A DNA stretch of 64,000 nt from Podarcis vaucheri (taxonomy: Eukaryota), in assembly GCA_965113315.1 (NCBI GenBank), contig OZ220370.1; one strand, 5' to 3'. Each line of letters opens with the position of its first letter. Positions within the stretch are counted from its first letter, which is position 1. The notes beneath the pieces were generated by a model, which saw nothing but the letters and a program-made list of their open reading frames with translations, did not search any database and was not told the origin of the DNA. The position numbers were made by a program, and so were the translations under genes. Shown piece by piece: positions 24,821-36,643 of this stretch.

Positions 24821-25542
24821 CAGGTGTGAGGGACATTTTTCAGCCCAAGGGCCACATTCACTTCTGGGAAATCTTCCGGGGGCCACATGCAAGTGCTGGG
24901 CGGAGCTAGAGGGAAAGGTGGGCGGAGCAGCTATGCAAATTTCACCTTGGTGCAGTAAGCTAGTTTCAACACACAGGCCCACCCTTGAGCCAAGGTGAAG
25001 CAACCACCTCAGGTAACAGAATCTGCAGAGGCAGCAGATCTGGCCTCCAAGGAATGCAGCACCCACTGCTTCTGCCGTTGCTGTTGCTGCAGTGGTAGCA
25101 ACAGCTGCAGTGCACTGCTTGGAGGCAAGATCTGCCACCTCCTTGGCAGCCCCCCTCCATGCCACTCTACAGTGGCCTCTTTGTGAACAGAAGGTGCTGC
25201 TGGTCTCTCCCCACCCTTGCTCCCAATGTAGGTCTTTATTTCCCCCTTGTCCCTGATGTAGATCTTCATTCACTCCTTCTTTCCTGGCCAGGGATGAGGA
25301 GGGGAAGGCAGCGCCATTTTGTGGTTAACCTCAGGTACCAAAATGCCAGCCCTGTGCACACTCCTCTGTATTTTCTACTCAGGGAAGCCAGAGTTCAAGG
25401 ACACATTCCAGCCACTTTGGAGAGGCAAGCCCAGTAGCGGGTATGTCTGGGGAGGAGTGATGCCTGGAAAGAAATCTGAGGGCCAGGCAAAAAAGCCTGG
25501 AGGGCCGCATTCAGCCTCCTGCTCCAAGGTGCCCCGCTGCTG
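24821..25542. mobile_element. Non-autonomous hAT (Charlie-like) element with GC-rich, CAG/CTG-rich interior
   Basis: Left end caggtgtgagggacatttttcagcccaagggccacatt; right end ggagggccgcattcagcc...gtgccccgctgctg; AT-rich 8-mer flanks. Confidence 0.55.
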
Positions 25543-26522
25543 ATTTAAAGCATAGCAAATCATTTCATTAATTCATTCAGATATATTTATATTCAAATTT
25601 GATGCCAATCTATGTCTTATTTTCTTAGCAATGCCCCCTCCCCATAGTCTGTCTCTGCAGAGGCTCTTAATGAGCCAGTGCATCAAATAACCACAAGAGC
25701 CCCTTAACGGGCGTTCTGACACTCCTACCTGCAGCTAAACGACAAGTGCCACAACAGTGTAACCCAAATGCTCAGAATTGCAAAGGCAGGTCTTTGTATA
25801 CAGCTGCCAGAAGAATCTCATCACGTGGCACTGATTGTGGTAGTGGATTAGCAAGCACAGCCTTCTGTCATGGACCCCCAGGGATTCACACCCTGGGTTT
25901 AATTAGGGTTTCCGCCTGGCAGTCCTGCTTCAAAGAGACAGCAAGATAACTGCATCCCAGTCTATTGACCTTGGTGTATATGGCACACAAAAAGGGCAGA
26001 GCTACAGATGCAAAGACATTCACTTCCCAACCCACCCTCACCTTCCGGCCACCACTGTTCTTCCGTAAATTATGAGCAATGATACAATTTACAAGCTGGA
26101 GGGTACTGGTTAAACTGCGTGCTTTGGAGTTATTATTAAACATTATTGGCCCCAAGGAATGAAATGAGAGAGAGCTCATTCGTACGAAGTGTTGTTGACG
26201 CTCTAATTCTATGGAAGAATATAATCAAATGTGATGTAATGAAGATCTATGAAGGTGGGGGTGGGGGTGAACCAGCATTTCCCCCCTTTATGTGGTTTAA
26301 TTTTCACTTCATCTGGTGACAAGGGTGGTTTCTTTTATTAAAGAAGGCATGTTTTGTGCTCACACTTATATGTTTATGCTGCGTTTGATTTATCCATAGA
26401 GGTACCAGCACGAACACCAAAGCATCAATAAAGTGAGCTTTGAGATGGAAAATAAACAGGGCAAGAATCTTGCAAGAGGCATTTCCTGCATCATCCAGAC
26501 TACAAGGAACACGAATATTGCG

Positions 26523-27284
26523 TGTTCAGACCCAGAGACCTCCTCCCTAAATAAAGACACATTTGACTCAAATTTTAGTTTTGGTTTTTGGCAGAATTTA
26601 GGCCACAACTTTATTGATTACAGAAGGTGAGTGGTTGCAAAGGCTCTGGTTCGACTAGCTCCCTGTACCCTTTCAGGCAGCGCTGACCCAGGGCACCAGC
26701 ATAGGTCAGCCAAGGATGAACACCTGAGGTAGGCGAAAAGCCCAGGAACAGACTCCGTTCACACCCCAGATGCTACCCTGGACTCAGGCACAGGCACAAC
26801 CCCCTCTCAGAGGTTGACCAAACCAAGTTGAGTCCCTGGATTCCTTTAGCGGAATATCCTTCACATAGGGATGGCGAGACCATTCTCCCCTCCCTATCAC
26901 CTGAGCCAGTGCCTATCCACAACCTTACAAGTTGTGACAATTTGCTACGTAGCAGGCAAAACCCAAATGGCAACAGCCAATCAGCCAAGTAGGGAAATTC
27001 CTGCCCCTGTCCCAACGAGAGACGACACACGACGGCATAGCAAGGTCAGTCGCAAAATGCCCAAAAAGTAGGGAGAGGTGGGCGAGCGTTCCATATGCAC
27101 GAGCCAAAAGAGGAAGCTCTGGGTCACGTGCATGGGTATATATAGGTCCCTCGATCCATTTGGACTGTGCCCCATTGGCCAGATTGAACCCAACAATGAG
27201 GGACCTACCAATCGGGCGTTGTGGCTAACCAATCTCACCCACCCACAACACAGGGTGTAGGTCTCCAGGTCTCCCCACAACACA
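26523..27284 (-). mobile_element. Probable solo LTR (~760 bp)
   Basis: TG...CA termini. On the minus strand, a CCAAT-rich U3-like region, TATATATA near 27140, then AATAAA near 26612. CpG-rich relative to flanks. TSD imperfect (tgcg/tgcc). Confidence 0.5.
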
Positions 27285-29335
27285 TGCCCTCTTTTAGGGA
27301 GGGCACAATTTGTGGAATCCCTGTGCTTAGGAAAGAACCAGTTCTAATTCTAAGAGCCCAAGCTCAAACTTCAGCACAGAGAAAAGCTCTATAGCAAAAA
27401 TGGACAAACCAGGTTGTTACTTGTGCTGTGCCAAAACCTATCCCCCAGTTTCTCAAAAGTTCCTTTCCTCTGTGAAAGAGGCTTCCACTTTTCTTCCTCA
27501 TTCTCAGGTAATTTTAGGATTTCTTTCAGATTTCAGTGGCTGCAGGGTTGAACTTCTCTCCTATTTTTATCTATAGTTTATCAAGGCTTTTGCATTAGTA
27601 CAGTCTCTTATCCCCCCCCCCGCCCCCTGCTCTGGTCACCTCCCTTCCTCTGCCCCTGGCTTTTTTTTTGTTACAGCATTTTAATTTCTGTTGTTTGGTG
27701 TGTTATACACTGTTCAGGCTGGCATGCTCAGATAATGGTTAGGGTAAATGAGTGTCAGTGCTCAGCTTGAGTCCCACATGAAAAACGGTAAAGCTGGAGA
27801 AGTTACCATCCCTGTGTTGTGCCTCCCACTTCTGGTAGTTGTTCCTAATAAACCTACTTGGCCTGCTGACATATTACAGTATTACAATATATTGCATGCT
27901 ACAATATAGTAAGAGAGGAACCAAGAGACTTGAGTGGGGCACAGAAACCTGAGTAAGTACTTCACCCCTGGGACCCACAGCCAAACCAAAAAAGGATATT
28001 ATAATGATTGCTTAGAAAACTTTAGAAGACTTCTGCATGCCAGTTATGGATTATATAAAATGCATATGAACCTCTGTTAACAGAAATAACTCAGAGATAC
28101 GAGTTTATTTATATCATCATTTATATCCCACCCTTTTTTGGCACAGTCTAATTAATTACGGCTGCAGCAAACCTATGCCCCCGCTCGTCCTGTTTGTGTT
28201 TCTTGGAATGATTTAGAAACACATTTTGCCACCTAACCTTTAATTGTGCAATGCAATATGTGAGCAATAATGAAGTCACTGGGAGCTTCCCACAGTTTTA
28301 CTATCTGCCACTGTGTTGACGTAAAATGGAACGCTGCAATATTTGGGGGTGTAGCTCCACTTTCATTTTTGAGCCCCCATATTTCTTGAGGGGAGGGGGC
28401 ATTAGTAAAAGAAAAGCACAAATAATGCCCCAAGAGGAGAATTCAGAGAGCACCAAAAATGTGGAGCATGTCGTCTTGACAGAGCTGCACAAGCCCATAG
28501 ACCTTGTTACAATATATTAAGATAGGAACCAAGAGACTTTTAAAACTTTTATTATCATGTATATAATGTCTTGGGGATTGTTAGGAGTGCGCTATTTAAT
28601 TTCCCCACACACCTGGCCATTTATCATTATTTAAATCTATAACTAAGCAGTTCCACTGAAATACCCAATGGACACTAATATGTTAGGGAGGCCTGTTAAA
28701 GTTTTGTCACCTCAGTATGTCACCGAATGCTAGCCTAAGGTCTTGCTGATGCAGTGGATTCAACAAAGATAGGCCAAGATTCTTTGGCAATTAGGTCCCT
28801 GATTTCATTGGGACTTAAGACTAATTTGGACACTACATTATTATTACCACGAACAGCAAATGCAAAAACTGCTCAGTTCTCTTCTTCCCTAGTAATAATA
28901 GAACATATGAATCAACGACACAAGGATCTCAGTGCATTATCAGAAGTGTTATATTATTTGCTTGGTTCATTACGGCATAATGTCTTCTGAAATCATTAGT
29001 TCCATGAATTAAGAGATCGGCATCCAAGGAGAGCTCTGATGACTTTGACTTCTGCAGGAAGATCTAAACTGGGCCCACTCTAGGCAACCCAGGGAGCAGG
29101 AAATTGGTTTCCAGCAGTATTCTGACAGAGTAGGGCAGAAGAAGGGACATCTTGTTCATAGCAGGAGTTTTTACAGAATGAATACATTCTGTGGCATGCT
29201 GTTTGGGGAAGAATCAAGCTGTCTTTACACCCACTGAAGTGGAGCAAATGCATTTTAAAGCTACAATTGGAATGTCTTGGGCAAACATTTGAGACAAAAC
29301 AATTCTACAAATCAGTGAAGGACAATCTAGGATAT

Positions 29336-29532
29336 TATAGTGTAGTGGTTAGAGGGTCAGACTAAGACTTGGGAAACTAGGCTCCAAATCTCTACTCAGC
29401 TATGGAGCTCACCTTTGCCCAGCCACTGTTGCTCAGCCTAACCTGCATCACAGGGTTGTTGTGATGATAAAAAGGAGAGAGAACCATGTTTGCTGCCATG
29501 AACACCTTGGAGAAAAAACGGGATATAAATGT
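29336..29532 (+). mobile_element. Old tRNA-derived SINE with L2-type tail (Squam3/MIR-like); decayed copy near 33603-33790
   Basis: tagtgtagtggttagag A-box head; ctcagcctaacct...cacagggttgttgtg core; ...gggatataaatgt end. Confidence 0.7.
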
Positions 29533-29620
29533 GGCAATATATATACCTCTTTAATTCTGGAATGTAGGGTATCCAAAACATCTGGATCACCAAAAGTGCT
29601 AATAACAAAACACAGTGAGG

Positions 29621-29767
29621 CAGTGGCGTAGTGTGGGGGGTGCAGGGGGGGCCGGCCGCACCGGGCGCAACATCTGGGGGTTAGGGTTAGGGGGCGCAAA
29701 TCCACGGGTTAGGGGGCACAAATTACTTGCCTTGCCCCGGGTACTGACAACCCACGCTACGCCACTG
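29621..29767 (+). mobile_element. 147-bp hAT (Tip100-like) MITE carrying TTAGGG units
   Basis: TIR cagtggcgtag(c/t)gtggg; perfect 8-bp TSD cagtgagg (29613-29620 / 29768-29775); second copy at 51589-51735. Confidence 0.92.
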
Positions 29768-30241
29768 CAGTGAGGGAAGGGCAATGGTTCAGTTACTATT
29801 CCTCAGCCTAATCTCCCTCACAGGGTTGTTGTGAGGGTGAAAAGGAATGGGAGAACCATGCCTGCTGGAGAAAACACAGGATATATGCAGAATTTATCCC
29901 TTAAGGTAGGGTACCCAAAACACTTGGATAACCAAAAATGTTGATTACATAATGGAGGAGAGGCCAATGATAGGAAAGGATGGGTACAAGGACACATTTG
30001 TTTAATAACTCGTTGCTTTGCTGTAGCTTAAATTAGAAGGTTGGATTGCTTGTTATTTATTTCATGTGCTTCAATTTACATTTTACTTTGAGGTCCCCTT
30101 TTAGCCCCTACCCTTTTCTGATTCCAACCTTGTATAGCAGAAGAAATAAACATCTCAGGAATAGCGTTTTTCTCCACGTAAGACGAGCCTGTTGGATCAC
30201 ACCAATGGTCCATCTAGTCCAGAATCCTGTTTTCATAATGG

Positions 30242-30694
30242 CATATCCTCCAACACTTATCCCATGAAAATATGGAAGTTCCATGCCATAATAATACAGT
30301 GGTACCTTTGTTCTCGAACTTAATCCGTTCCGGGGATCTGTTCAACTCCCAAAACCATTCAAAAACCAAGGCGTGGCTTCCAATTGGTTTGGGAAGCAAG
30401 GTACCACTGTACTAATTTTATTATTTATACCCCATCCATCAAGCTGGGTGACTTCCAACATATATAAAAACATAATAAAACATTTTTTTAAAAAAACTTC
30501 CCTATACAGCGCTGCCATCAGATGTCTTCTAAAGGTTGTATAGTTACTTATCTCCCTGGCTCGGAGGTCACATAACTCCATACTCTCCAACATTTCTCTG
30601 ATGAAAACAGGACCATCCTAAGGAAAAGTGGGACATTCAAGATCAAACCAGAAACTGGGACGGCTTCTGTAAATCCAGGACACCTGGAGGGTCT
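30242..30694. mobile_element. Composite hAT-like element (two left ends, captured antisense L2 3' fragment), inserted in a SINE tail
   Basis: Left-end motif at 30242 (catatcctccaaca) and again at 30579 (catactctccaaca); right end ggagggtct at 30694; TSD-like cataatgg/atagtgg; 30421-30533 matches the reverse complement of the L2 end at 18880-19010. Confidence 0.7.
30297..30409. mobile_element. Tc1/mariner (Tigger-like) mini-MITE, 113 bp
   Basis: cagtggtacctt...aaggtaccactg with TA on both sides. Confidence 0.85.
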
Positions 30695-32026
30695 ATAGTG
30701 GCCAACCAGATGCCTTTGGATAACCAGCAAGCTGAACATGAGATCAGCATCACTCTGCCTTCCTGCAGCTCCCAGCCACTGGGTGATATCCCCTCCCCAA
30801 ATCCAAGCATGTTGATCTGAAACTGCTGATTATTCAAATTTCCTAGGTTCTGCTCCACCCAGGACCAACCCCTTGCCCACACGCTGTATAGCTTCATGTT
30901 CCAGTTAATGGGAATGGGTGAAGTTGCCAGTTTGGGTTTTTCTCACTTTCTAATTTTTTTCAGTTTTAAATTCAGTTCTTCACATTTTCACATCAGTCTG
31001 CCATTTTATTTCTACAAAAAAAATGTTTTAATAAATATTATCCTAATATCCACATCTTTTGCAAAATTATTTCCACTAATATAGTGGAATTTTGTATGGT
31101 GCTTTCCCCACTATTATATTCATTTCTACACAGACTTTATCTGAATAGATGCATTTTTGTACTTCTGTGTATTGTTTTGTAACATGCAAAACAGTGCTTC
31201 GGTTTGCTTATAGTTGCTTATAGTCCCTGCATGTTCATACAGCTGGGACATCACTGTTCTAGCTTACTCAAACACTTCATTATCTGAAGCTTTCCAGAAC
31301 TATGTGTAAAAGTAAATCATTCGCTTCTGTAAGATCACATCTCTTCTGCTGACTTCCAATTTGTATGGAGAAGCAAGCTAACACCTAGTAGGAGCAATCT
31401 TCTCCCATTGCCACCCATGACAAAGCCCACGTTGATTTTTAACAAAACTAGATGGCACTCCATATAATATCAGCTATTGGGGGGGTGAAATCTGCTGATT
31501 TCTGATCACACTGTATATTTGCGCAATATATCCACATTTTATATTATTTTGCACACACTGTTAGAGCGAAAAAGTGGGGCCTATCCTAAGACCTTTGTTG
31601 CCATCCCTTTTCACTAAAGGCCAAGAGGCTGTGTGTCTGTCTGTCTATCTGTCTGTCTGTTTTACCAGATGAATTTGGAACCCATTAAAAAATTGTGCTA
31701 AATAATGTGAAATACCAACAGACTTTTAAGCATCACAACATGAATGGCACCAGCTATAATAAGCAAAAGGAGCGAATCTGAAACAGAAGACGGGCAAATA
31801 GTTACCCAGCTGCTACAGAAATAGCAAGATAGATGTTATGTTAAAAAGGAGGGGGGAGGGGGGGAAGAAAAGAAATTAAATGAAATGGATATTAGCTGGA
31901 AACATCTGTGTTCAACCACAGAGCAGAATGCATATTCAGCAGCCAGTTTATTGGCTCTTTAGAGGATGTGAATGGTGCATTGTAAATAATGACACGCCTG
32001 TAATAAATTCCCAGTAAAAAAGAGAA

Positions 32027-32167
32027 NNNNNNNNNNNNNNNNNNNNNNNNNNNNNNNNNNNNNNNNNNNNNNNNNNNNNNNNNNNNNNNNNNNNNNNNNN
32101 NNNNNNNNNNNNNNNNNNNNNNNNNNNNNNNNNNNNNNNNNNNNNNNNNNNNNNNNNNNNNNNNNNN
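32027..32167. other. N gap (141 nt)
   Basis: Run of N. Confidence 0.99.
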
Positions 32168-35100
32168 AATTTAAAACTTGAGAGAGGGTGGGAGAAAGAG
32201 GGCCGACAGACTCTGCGGTGGTGACATTCATTTAATACTCGGCGCACTGCACTGATAGATGTGATCGGAGAGGGCATGTCAGAAGTCAGTCTGGAGCTGC
32301 TTTCTTTAACTAGAAAGAATGACACATGAAATCCTCGCAGTGTATAAAGAAACAAATCCAAACGGAAGGAGGGGAGGGGAAAAAGAACGAAGACTCCCAA
32401 ATGTCTGGTGACATTTGTATTTTGTAGCGAGGGCATGCAAACCCTCGCTTGCCCTGGCACCACACACTTAATTTGAACTCCCGAGAAAAAGGCGTCCGTC
32501 TTAGTTTCCATTTTGAATTAAGTGCAAGCCAATACAGGAGAGGTATATTGTTCTTGCACTTGCCATATCCAAAATAGAACTGGCTGCAAAGAAATATCTC
32601 ACTGGGGAGAAAATACCTCTCCTGTCAAGCTGGCTATCAAAACATGCATGCAGACAAATCTTCCTTTCCTCCCCCATTTGGGGAATTCCGACAACATCAT
32701 TCTGGTACATGGTTCTCCCAGCATAATCCCCATGCTGGGTTTTTCACCCCCTCAAGACATGGTTTTATATTCAGTTGACATCATTTCAGCCAAACAGTTG
32801 TTCCACGGCTGCAAAGCACACTAATGAGATAAGTTTTTGGCAGGTTTCCTCCCTTCTTGGTGCATAGAGTTACATATGTGGAGCACTGTGGGTCTTCTTT
32901 TTTTTACAGTTAAGGTGGTGTTGGGATTTTCTTCTTCCCCAAGAGGATTGTCCTAGTGGCTTAAAACGCCGGGCATGTTGATTCTGACACTAGCATGGAT
33001 GTATTTGCCAAGTCCCATTTGTTTGGAAGGAGACACTTGTTGCATTTGGTATTAAATCAAAAGGTGTTTTTAAACCGCAGGCAGGCTTTTGCTTTATTGA
33101 TTTCAGAGCAGTCACTCTAAGTATGGACACGATTATATCTTAAGGTTCTGCTAAATATTTCACTGAAACTCATAATGGCTGAGGAAGAGGCAGCAACTGA
33201 AAGGACCAGAGAGCAGTCTCTCTGTGCTGCAAGGGTCAAGCACTTTCTTTGCATGAGTGAAGGGATTCAATCTTCGCACTTTCCCAGCTAATGCCCTGGA
33301 CAGTGATGTTGGGGCAGGGGGAGTTCACGGGCAGGGCAGGCACTCTTTGAGATATTTCTGAGCCACGTTTCATCCAAAAACCGTATTCATACAAAACTGC
33401 AAATAAAACAAATTTGCACAATGTGGAAATACCAACTGAAAGGCAAAAAGAAAAAAATTTAACAAAATGCAGCAAATAAAAACTCTTTTAAAAGAAACAG
33501 TCTAAAACTCACCTGAAATCTAAAACTCCTTTTCAAATAGCCTGCACTGTCAACACCAAATATGCCTGCAAGGTCAAGATGCTACCTCGGAACCGAGAAG
33601 CTGGTGTGCTGTAGTGCTCAGAGTCCAGGACTAGGACCTGAGAGGCAAGAGTTCAAATCTCCACTTGCCCAAGAAGTGTCATCAGGCCAGGCACTGTTTG
33701 CAAGCTCAATGTGACTCACAGGGTCCTTGTGAAGGGAGAACCATTTAAGCCACCTTTGGCTCCATGGAGAAAAGGTGGAATATAAATGTATTAAATCAAT
33801 GTTTTCTGAATGGCTAATAGCTGGATTTTGTGCCTCTGTGGCGTAAGCAGAGGCTTGTGTGTCACATGCCAACTAAAGTCATACTCTGCAAAGCTAGGAA
33901 GGTCTAAACCCATTGATTCCCACTGTAAGTTCCCACAGCCCTTCTAATGTTACTTTGTTTAGTGTTGTCTAGGTAGGGTTACTTTACACATATGAGTGTT
34001 TGCTTCTATACAGCGACATCTATAGCTGTGCTCACCCCAGGTGTTGTTAGACTACAGCTCCCATCATGCCTGACCATGGCTGTGCTGGCTGGGGCTGATG
34101 GGATTTGGAATCCAACAACACCTGAAGGTTCCAGAGTCAGCAAGATCCACATGTAAACTGAACCTAAGCATCACAGCTAGATGCAAAGAGTAGACACAGA
34201 GAAGTAGCATCCTGCAAGGATAAATGCGCTTCTTTCATCATTAACTGCTTTCAGCTGCAAGCCTGGGCTTACTTCTGGGAAAACATGACTCTAATTATCC
34301 TGTAGTCAGGATTCAACTGTGCAGGACTTGAATCTGAAGTCTCCTCAGATGAGCCAGGGGAGCAGGTAGCTCTCTACACTGCAAATGACCATAAGGAACC
34401 GTCTGATCTGGCTATTCTGGGGTAATGCCACATGAGCTACATGGGTTACTGGCTGGCTTTCAGACACCACCACCGCCTCTCCTCCAGGGCCACGGTAGCA
34501 GAGGAAATTATGAGCCCAGCAGAACTTCAGAGCCATCCATGTGCCTACTTATGCACAGCTCTGCTACTTATGCAGAGCAGAAAGCACATGGAGACATCTG
34601 CTTGGGTCTGGGTCTGGCTGAGATCCCAGAAGTGGGTGGAGCCTCCAGCTCCTATATAAATCCTCATTCAGAACTGCCTCACTGCTGAAGCAACAGCACT
34701 CTGCCCACTTCTCTGCTCCAGCCTTTTTGATATGGAGAAGCAGACAGATGTTAATCTAAGGTACATACTAAAATAAAAACACTTGAAAATAAGCACACTT
34801 AATTTCCTGCAAAATATGCCGTCCTTCTTAATAAGTAAAGTAATGAGAACCCTATTTATGTCCAGAATTCTCTCTTATTGACTGAACCCATTACACAATC
34901 ACCCCAATCAATCAAACAAGAGCTCCAGATTATTCAAGTAAGTGAGCCAAACCGTATGCTGAAACAGAAGGCAAACATAACCCTTCATGAAAGAGCAAGC
35001 CATATTGATTCCTAGCTTCCCACTGTCCTAAAATACATTCAATTTCACATACATCCTATTGATTTCAAGCAAATGTCTATAGCATCTGCACTGCTGCTTG

Positions 35101-36643
35101 TCCAGACTGTTAAGCATTTCAATTTACACCCATTGTGGATTGGGCTTTTTAAGAATGCTGTTGCATAACATGGTATCTTTTAGCCTGGAAAACGTAGCCT
35201 GGGAAATGTCTTAGTAAGTGAAAGGGGATAGCTCAAAATGAGGCATAGAAAACTGCAAAAAAGGGGGGGAGAGAAATTGACGGGTCTTGCACCACTGCCA
35301 GAATAGAAGAAACTTTTCCTGTTAGGGCACAGACTTTATTTATTATTACTATTGAAAACAAAATCCCCTGTTTTCAGAGGGCAGCCTTCACAAGTGGTAT
35401 TGGTTTTCACCTCTAAATCCCTGTGTGGGATTACTCTTGTGTATTTTTCTGATTCCAAGGTAACCAAGGTCAGCTGAGGAGGTGCTCAAAGCGATAGCTC
35501 CTGATTTAAAGGCAAGGGGACCTGTTAACAGGTGCCCTCTGCTCTGCATCATTCTGTTCTTCTGGGTCAGCAATGTCAACCTTCATAGATTGTTTGCTTC
35601 CCTAGGCTCCCTCTTTAGCAAAGCGTAGTTAAAGAAACTAAGCTGTACTCCTTCACTATAGCTGGAATATATTGGCCAATAGGCAGATGGAGGGGGGCAG
35701 GAAGGCATGTGTCTGCCCTCAACCATTATAACCACATTATGCATTTTGAAACAACTTCCTCTACCTAAAATGTCACCTAAAAAGAAGACTCCGCACCTTT
35801 GTTTTTAACAGGAAGGTTTATATTCCATGCATTGAAAAGCCTACACCTCACAATTGTCCCTCCTCAAAGCTCCTTTGGGCCCAATTACTCCAGCCTTGGG
35901 GTGGGACTTGGAATTTTCAACTGGCTTCCATTTACTCTGTTTGCAAACTTTTGTTCAGCAATAAGTCTCAAAGGGTTTGCTGCTGTTTCTGGGGTGCCCT
36001 CCTGGAATTAAAGGCCTAAAATAATCTTTGGGATGAGAAATAAAACATTCACTACTTTTGTAATAGCAGGAAATTACTCTTAAGGAGCAATCCTGTGCAC
36101 AAGAAGCTGACATGAATCATGCCTCTGTAAATTAAATTGGCGTAAAGTTACACCAGATCCACAACCCGTTCAGCAGCAGGGCTGCTGCTGCTGCTGCTCT
36201 GAATAAGCCTGGCGTAAGGAAAACAAGCCTTTAGAATAATGTTCTGAGCCAGGGTGCCAGCTCAAATGACCAAGCTTTACTCTTTGGTCCTGATCCTGGA
36301 TGAATTTGCACCAGCTGGGCTAGGATGAGCAAGTTACACTGGTGTACCTTCAGCTGAGCTGTGGTTGAGACAACACTGGCTGAGTCTGCAGGAATCAGCC
36401 AACTAAGCCAAAGATGTGTTGCATCCTAAATTACATATCCCAGTGGATCTTGCCATAGGATTATTCCCTTAGCCATTATTTACACACCTTTGAGATACAA
36501 ATTCATTCCTTTCTACCTTTGTTTGTTTTTTGCAGTTCCCCTTTTCTTAGTCCACCTACCCCGTAGCATAAAAAAAAATAGGAGAGGCCAGAGACACTAC
36601 ATATCATGCTTCTTCGAAGGAAAGAAAATTTAAGAACTGCCCT

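Noticed and set aside
24776-25437. Ala/Gln/Cys-rich ORFs
   Set aside because: Derived from the CAG/CTG-rich interior of a non-autonomous hAT element.
29676-29716. Interstitial telomere or chromosome-fusion relic
   Set aside because: Only three TTAGGG units, enclosed by TIRs and a TSD, and repeated in a second copy: transposon cargo.
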